From the UHGV virus genome UHGV-0229283: DNA of 64,000 nt; one strand, written 5' to 3'. Shown here in pieces: positions 60,002 through 64,000 of this stretch. The position numbers and the translations under genes are program-made. This stretch comes from a virus. A model generated the notes under the pieces. The model did no database searches. It worked only from the letters and a program-made list of their open reading frames with translations, and had not been told where the DNA came from. The stretch's first letter is position 1; every line of letters begins with the position of its first letter.

Positions 60002-61762
60002 ATGGCTGATACAACACAATTTGAACAGGCTGTGGATCAGGTTATCGAGGATTCTGAGCGTCTCCATAAGGTGGTCAACGGATCGGCGATCGACACTGTT
60101 ATTGTAGAAGATGGTAGCACGATTCCAACATTACGTAAAGCGCTTCTTGACAATGTGTATTTTAAAACACCACCACAACCTTGGGTGGCTGGTACACAGG
60201 CGACAGTTTTTAATCAACTGTATTCCTTCACCAATTCAGCAGGGACTTTCTGGTGGTATGCCCCAGGAGCGTCACCATCTACACCTATCACTTTACCTGC
60301 CGATCCGTCCACAAGTACCGCTTGGAAAGTTTACAATGACTCCGTTGTAGTTTCTGAAAAATTTGCACCTCTTAACACACCCGTATTTGTCGGTTCTCCG
60401 ACAGCGCCTACCCCTGCTCAGGGAAGTAATAGTGGTGCAATAGCGACAACTGCATTTGTCAACTTGGCTGTCGCAGCAGCGATCAATTCTCTTGCTGGGT
60501 CTTCTCCAAGTTATGCTGCTCTTACGGTGGTTGGTGCTTCAACCCTTAACACATTGGTTGTTTCTGGGACATCCCAATTTGGTGGGACGCTTGATGCCTC
60601 TGGTGTGCTTGGTAAATTCCAGAAAATTTCGTTATCTGGACAAACTGCCACTCTTTCTTTTGACTACACCGCTGCCTCTAACTATCTGAAGACTATCATA
60701 TCTCCTAACTCTGTTCAAACCAATAATCTGACTTCCGCAGTTATTGTGAATGGGACAGCTAGTGCAGATAACACCACAATGTCATTAACTGGTGCCGGTA
60801 ATAACACCTTCGACTATGTGTACATCAGAGGGAACTCTTCCAAGGCCTCTACGGAACCAAGACTTAAGGTAACCGGAACGACAGAACTTGAAAACGTAAG
60901 AGTAACTGGTTCATTGTCCGGTGTCAATGTGGGGGTTGATGGTTTAGACATTCTCCCCAACTCCATTGTCACAACGACAACAGCCGAGATAGGTTCTGAT
61001 CTGACTGTGAATGGTATAACAACTCTCGGAAGTACCACTATTCAGGATCTGGGTGTAGTAAGCTCATTAACAGTCGATGGAAACAGCACATTAACTGGAG
61101 GATTTACAGCCGGTAGTGCCAGCTCTGTTGCAGGAAATCTATCCATCACAGGCCTGCTTGCAGTCACTGGGGAAGCTACGGTAAGCACCAACCTTACAGT
61201 TACTGGAAACGCTAACCTGAATAATGGTGGGACAGGCACAACAACCGTAAACAACCTTAACGTACTTGGGACTCTGACAGGTGTCTCCATTGATGTCAAC
61301 GGGAAGGACATTAACCCTAACTCCGTTCTGGCAACCACCACAATAGAGGCATACGGATCTCTAAAAGGTGCCTCCCTCGTTATTACAGGTGAAGCGACGG
61401 CTCCGAAGGTCACTGCGAATTTCGTAGGAACAACCCCCGGTTCTGTTACCACACCTTCCGCAGGGACAACTTGGACACCAGGAGGGACAGGTTCTGATCT
61501 GACGAAGATGAATAACATCTACAACGTAGATGTGACAAATACTTTAACTATCGGGCCTTGGGCAAATCTTGGTAGTGCTTTTACTGCCACGATCTATCTG
61601 TTCCAGGATGCAACTGGCGGACACGCCGTCACCCTTGATGCATCTTATAAAATCATAAATGGTGGTGCGATCAGCACTACTGCAAATTCAGTTACAATTC
61701 TACAAGTAACCTATTGTGGAAGAGGGACTGTATATGATGTAGCTGTCTATCAAAGACCGTAA
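60002..61762 (+). CDS. tail fibre protein (beta-helical repeat)
   Basis: 586 aa with repetitive T/G/S/V-rich segments (TVNGITTLGSTTIQDLGVVSSLTVDGNSTLTGG); strong terminator follows. Confidence 0.5.
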   Translation: MADTTQFEQAVDQVIEDSERLHKVVNGSAIDTVIVEDGSTIPTLRKALLDNVYFKTPPQPWVAGTQATVFNQLYSFTNSAGTFWWYAPGASPSTPITLPADPSTSTAWKVYNDSVVVSEKFAPLNTPVFVGSPTAPTPAQGSNSGAIATTAFVNLAVAAAINSLAGSSPSYAALTVVGASTLNTLVVSGTSQFGGTLDASGVLGKFQKISLSGQTATLSFDYTAASNYLKTIISPNSVQTNNLTSAVIVNGTASADNTTMSLTGAGNNTFDYVYIRGNSSKASTEPRLKVTGTTELENVRVTGSLSGVNVGVDGLDILPNSIVTTTTAEIGSDLTVNGITTLGSTTIQDLGVVSSLTVDGNSTLTGGFTAGSASSVAGNLSITGLLAVTGEATVSTNLTVTGNANLNNGGTGTTTVNNLNVLGTLTGVSIDVNGKDINPNSVLATTTIEAYGSLKGASLVITGEATAPKVTANFVGTTPGSVTTPSAGTTWTPGGTGSDLTKMNNIYNVDVTNTLTIGPWANLGSAFTATIYLFQDATGGHAVTLDASYKIINGGAISTTANSVTILQVTYCGRGTVYDVAVYQRP

Positions 61763-61763
61763 T

Positions 61764-61798
61764 AAAAAAGGCTCCCAAAAGGGAGCCTTTTCTTTTTA
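61764..61798. terminator. bidirectional rho-independent terminator at the strand switch
   Basis: AAAAAAGGCTCCC-AAAA-GGGAGCCTTTTCTTTTT between convergent genes 60002-61762 (+) and 61809-63026 (-). Confidence 0.7.
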
Positions 61799-61808
61799 AA
61801 ATCACATC

Positions 61809-63026
61809 TTAGATGCAGTGGATGAAGTTACGACCATACGGCAGTCCGATTGGAGCAAAGGGGATATCATCATCGAAGTCCATCGGAGGTTCATCAAAAT
61901 CCATAGCCGGAGCCTCTTGAGCAGGAGGTGTCGTTAAACGCTCCTGAATGGGCTGTGACGGCTTCTGCGACTCTTCCTGTGCCGTTGCACTGGCATAGCT
62001 GTAGAACGTCGCTGCAAGCGCATACGCTTCGCGTGTGGCCTTCTCAAGCTCGTCTGCATCGATGGTCTTTCCTTTGACAGCAATGTTCGTCACCGCATAT
62101 TTTACAGCGTTACCCACGGTCTGACCAACATCTTTACCTTCAGCTTCTGAAAGTTCCTTGATCAGTTTGGTGGTAACATCATGCACTATCTTGCCTGCCG
62201 CTTCCACATCGCCCTTAAAGCCTGACAGCTTCAGGTTTACCAGAGCATTCATGGCATGACCAGCAGATACACCAACAGGATCGTAATTGCTACGTTTGCC
62301 TTTGGCACCAGAACCGCCGTTGTTCTGACCTGCGGGGCCGTAAGCTTTGAATCCATTCAGGATGTTACCGTTAGACATATCCACAAAGGCAGTCATTCGT
62401 CCACCAACAGATACCTGTGCCAATTGTTCATCGGAAAGAACTACACCGCCGGGGCCGTTCTTCTCGTCATTAACAGTCGCCAGATTACCTACGATTTCGG
62501 TAATCTCACCGTAGATCTTAACACCACCGCCTGACTGTGCTGCTGGGGCAGAAGATTGCTGTTGACGAGGGGCAGGTTGTCCCGCTTTGCTTTCATCCAG
62601 AATGTTGAATGTCTTACCGCTTAAAGTACCGTTGATATAGGTTTTATCCCCATTCTTAGATACTTTCAGCGGGAAAGATACAACCATGCCAGCCAGAATA
62701 TCTTTATAACCGGAATCAAACTTGACCTGAACTTTATCAGTGTGGCTGGCGTGAAGCTTCTTCTCACCCATACCGATCCAATCGCCTTGGCTCTGTGGAT
62801 CTACCACGTTATTATCTGCATCAACTTCCTGCATTAAAAAGCTGATAGTGTGGGTGGCTTCAATCACCTTAGCAGGTTGGCCGTTACGTGCAGGGATATG
62901 GGTACGCTTAATGCCATCTTGATCAGCATTCTTCACAGGTTTGATGCTGACAAATTTGATGCTGCCCTTTGCGAAGTGGTTTACTTTGCCAGACATCGGG
63001 TCTTTGTATTCGTTTACTACGCTCAT
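61809..63026 (-). CDS. single-stranded DNA-binding-like protein with SSB-type acidic C-terminal tip
   Basis: C-terminus ...MDFDEPPMDFDDDIPF reproduces the bacterial SSB tail motif DFDDDIPF. Start set at ATG 63024-63026 (complement) with RBS aaggagag; Gly/Gln-rich linker typical of SSB. Confidence 0.5.
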   Translation of the reverse strand: MSVVNEYKDPMSGKVNHFAKGSIKFVSIKPVKNADQDGIKRTHIPARNGQPAKVIEATHTISFLMQEVDADNNVVDPQSQGDWIGMGEKKLHASHTDKVQVKFDSGYKDILAGMVVSFPLKVSKNGDKTYINGTLSGKTFNILDESKAGQPAPRQQQSSAPAAQSGGGVKIYGEITEIVGNLATVNDEKNGPGGVVLSDEQLAQVSVGGRMTAFVDMSNGNILNGFKAYGPAGQNNGGSGAKGKRSNYDPVGVSAGHAMNALVNLKLSGFKGDVEAAGKIVHDVTTKLIKELSEAEGKDVGQTVGNAVKYAVTNIAVKGKTIDADELEKATREAYALAATFYSYASATAQEESQKPSQPIQERLTTPPAQEAPAMDFDEPPMDFDDDIPFAPIGLPYGRNFIHCI

Positions 63027-63039
63027 CTTCTCTCCTTTA

Positions 63040-63378
63040 TTACTCAGATTTTTCTTCAACGACTTGTGTAACTGGTACAGCAAGAAGTTGATCAACCAAC
63101 ATATCTTCAACTTGCGCCAAAAGGTTTTGCGCGAAGGTTGAAGCTCCACTCAGTTGCATCACAGCATTACGCTGACCACGAATCCAGGCCAACGCCGTTT
63201 CGATAGTTTCGTGTTTGCCTTCACTGATCAAACGTTCCATTTCTTTTCTGACGGGTTCAGAATTTATATGGTCAGCCATCTGAACGCTGGCACTTGAGAG
63301 GAAAATCACAGTTCCGAACTGATTGGGGTCTAGTCCCAGGAATCGTGCTTCGTTGGTAGGGGTTACTTCTTCAGTCAT
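63040..63378 (-). CDS. hypothetical protein
   Basis: 112-aa acidic ORF with RBS GGAGGA. Confidence 0.4.
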   Translation of the reverse strand: MTEEVTPTNEARFLGLDPNQFGTVIFLSSASVQMADHINSEPVRKEMERLISEGKHETIETALAWIRGQRNAVMQLSGASTFAQNLLAQVEDMLVDQLLAVPVTQVVEEKSE

Positions 63379-63434
63379 CAATCCTCCATTTATTAGTGAA
63401 GGGGTATCTTACCCCTTTACACTTGTTATGTCAA

Positions 63435-63653
63435 TTACTTTCTTTTCTTTTTTGAATTTGACATCATTTCAGCCACACGGCCTACACTTGCCAGGCCGAG
63501 CCAACCGACGATCGCCATCAGAAAGAAGAAAAGAAGAACGGCGACACCAAAGTAGAGCGGCAGTAAAACAAGCCACCATGACCAAGCGATCACGCCACAA
63601 AGTTTAAGCGTGATGAGTATCAGCGCCAAAAAACCGAAGAAACCAATTTTCAT
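63435..63653 (-). CDS. small membrane protein
   Basis: 72 aa with two TM helices and a Lys-rich C-terminus. Confidence 0.35.
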   Translation of the reverse strand: MKIGFFGFLALILITLKLCGVIAWSWWLVLLPLYFGVAVLLFFFLMAIVGWLGLASVGRVAEMMSNSKKKRK

Positions 63654-63662
63654 TTTATCTCC

Positions 63663-63971
63663 TTAATCACAAGAACTTGAGCTGGAACCACAGTCCCCGC
63701 TACTATAACTACCGCCATCATCCGAGGATGAAGAATAATGCACCGAACTCATCGCGACATACGCCATAGTGTCATCATCGTTAGATGACGTTGTCCGGGA
63801 AGACTGCACGTTCCGAGAGTGAGATCGAGCCGCTGGCGAAGTATTTTTAACAATCTCCGCAATCCGGCGTTCTTTTTCCTTGTTAATTTCACTGAGCCTT
63901 TTCATCGCTTCCGCATCGAAATGGTTAGGAAATTTAGGTAACACAGCAGTGACCTTAGTGGTTTGACTCAC
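63663..63971 (-). CDS. hypothetical Ser-rich protein
   Basis: 102-aa ORF with Ser/Asp-rich N-terminal tail. Confidence 0.3.
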   Translation of the reverse strand: MSQTTKVTAVLPKFPNHFDAEAMKRLSEINKEKERRIAEIVKNTSPAARSHSRNVQSSRTTSSNDDDTMAYVAMSSVHYSSSSDDGGSYSSGDCGSSSSSCD

Positions 63972-64000
63972 AATGGTATTGTTGTTATTGCCTACGGTTA

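Overview
This window reads as a 64-kb slice of a large virulent tailed phage (myovirus-type structural module), resembling tRNA-rich, NAD-salvage-encoding coliphage/salmonella phage lineages. It has three parts.

- **1 to ~14.9 kb, minus strand:** an early/DNA-metabolism operon. It encodes a DEDDh exonuclease, an endonuclease VII-like resolvase, a flap endonuclease, two HNH endonucleases, a NADAR protein, an SPFH protein, MazG, an ATP-dependent DNA ligase, a Sir2 sirtuin, a P-loop kinase, an RNA ligase and a calcineurin-like phosphoesterase.
- **~14.95 to 15.25 kb:** a divergent promoter/operator region with a palindromic shared -35 element and nested inverted repeats.
- **15.2 to 61.8 kb, plus strand:**
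  - PRPP synthetase and nicotinamide phosphoribosyltransferase.
  - A very large tRNA cluster (about 25 canonical tRNAs plus several non-canonical tRNA-like RNAs), interspersed with small ORFs.
  - A Pol-beta-fold nucleotidyltransferase immediately after the tRNA cluster.
  - A spanin pair.
  - The virion module: large terminase, portal, protease, scaffold, major capsid, sheath, tube, a chaperone with a -1 frameshift, tape measure, baseplate proteins, at least four fibre/tailspike genes, and small membrane-protein inserts.
- **61.8 to 64 kb, minus strand:** transcription switches back to the minus strand, beginning with an SSB-like protein.

The most unusual content is the aberrant tRNA-like RNAs, the nucleotidyltransferase, a split RNA-repair gene set, and the NAD+-related gene set. 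tRNA coordinates were obtained by manual folding and may be off by a few nucleotides.
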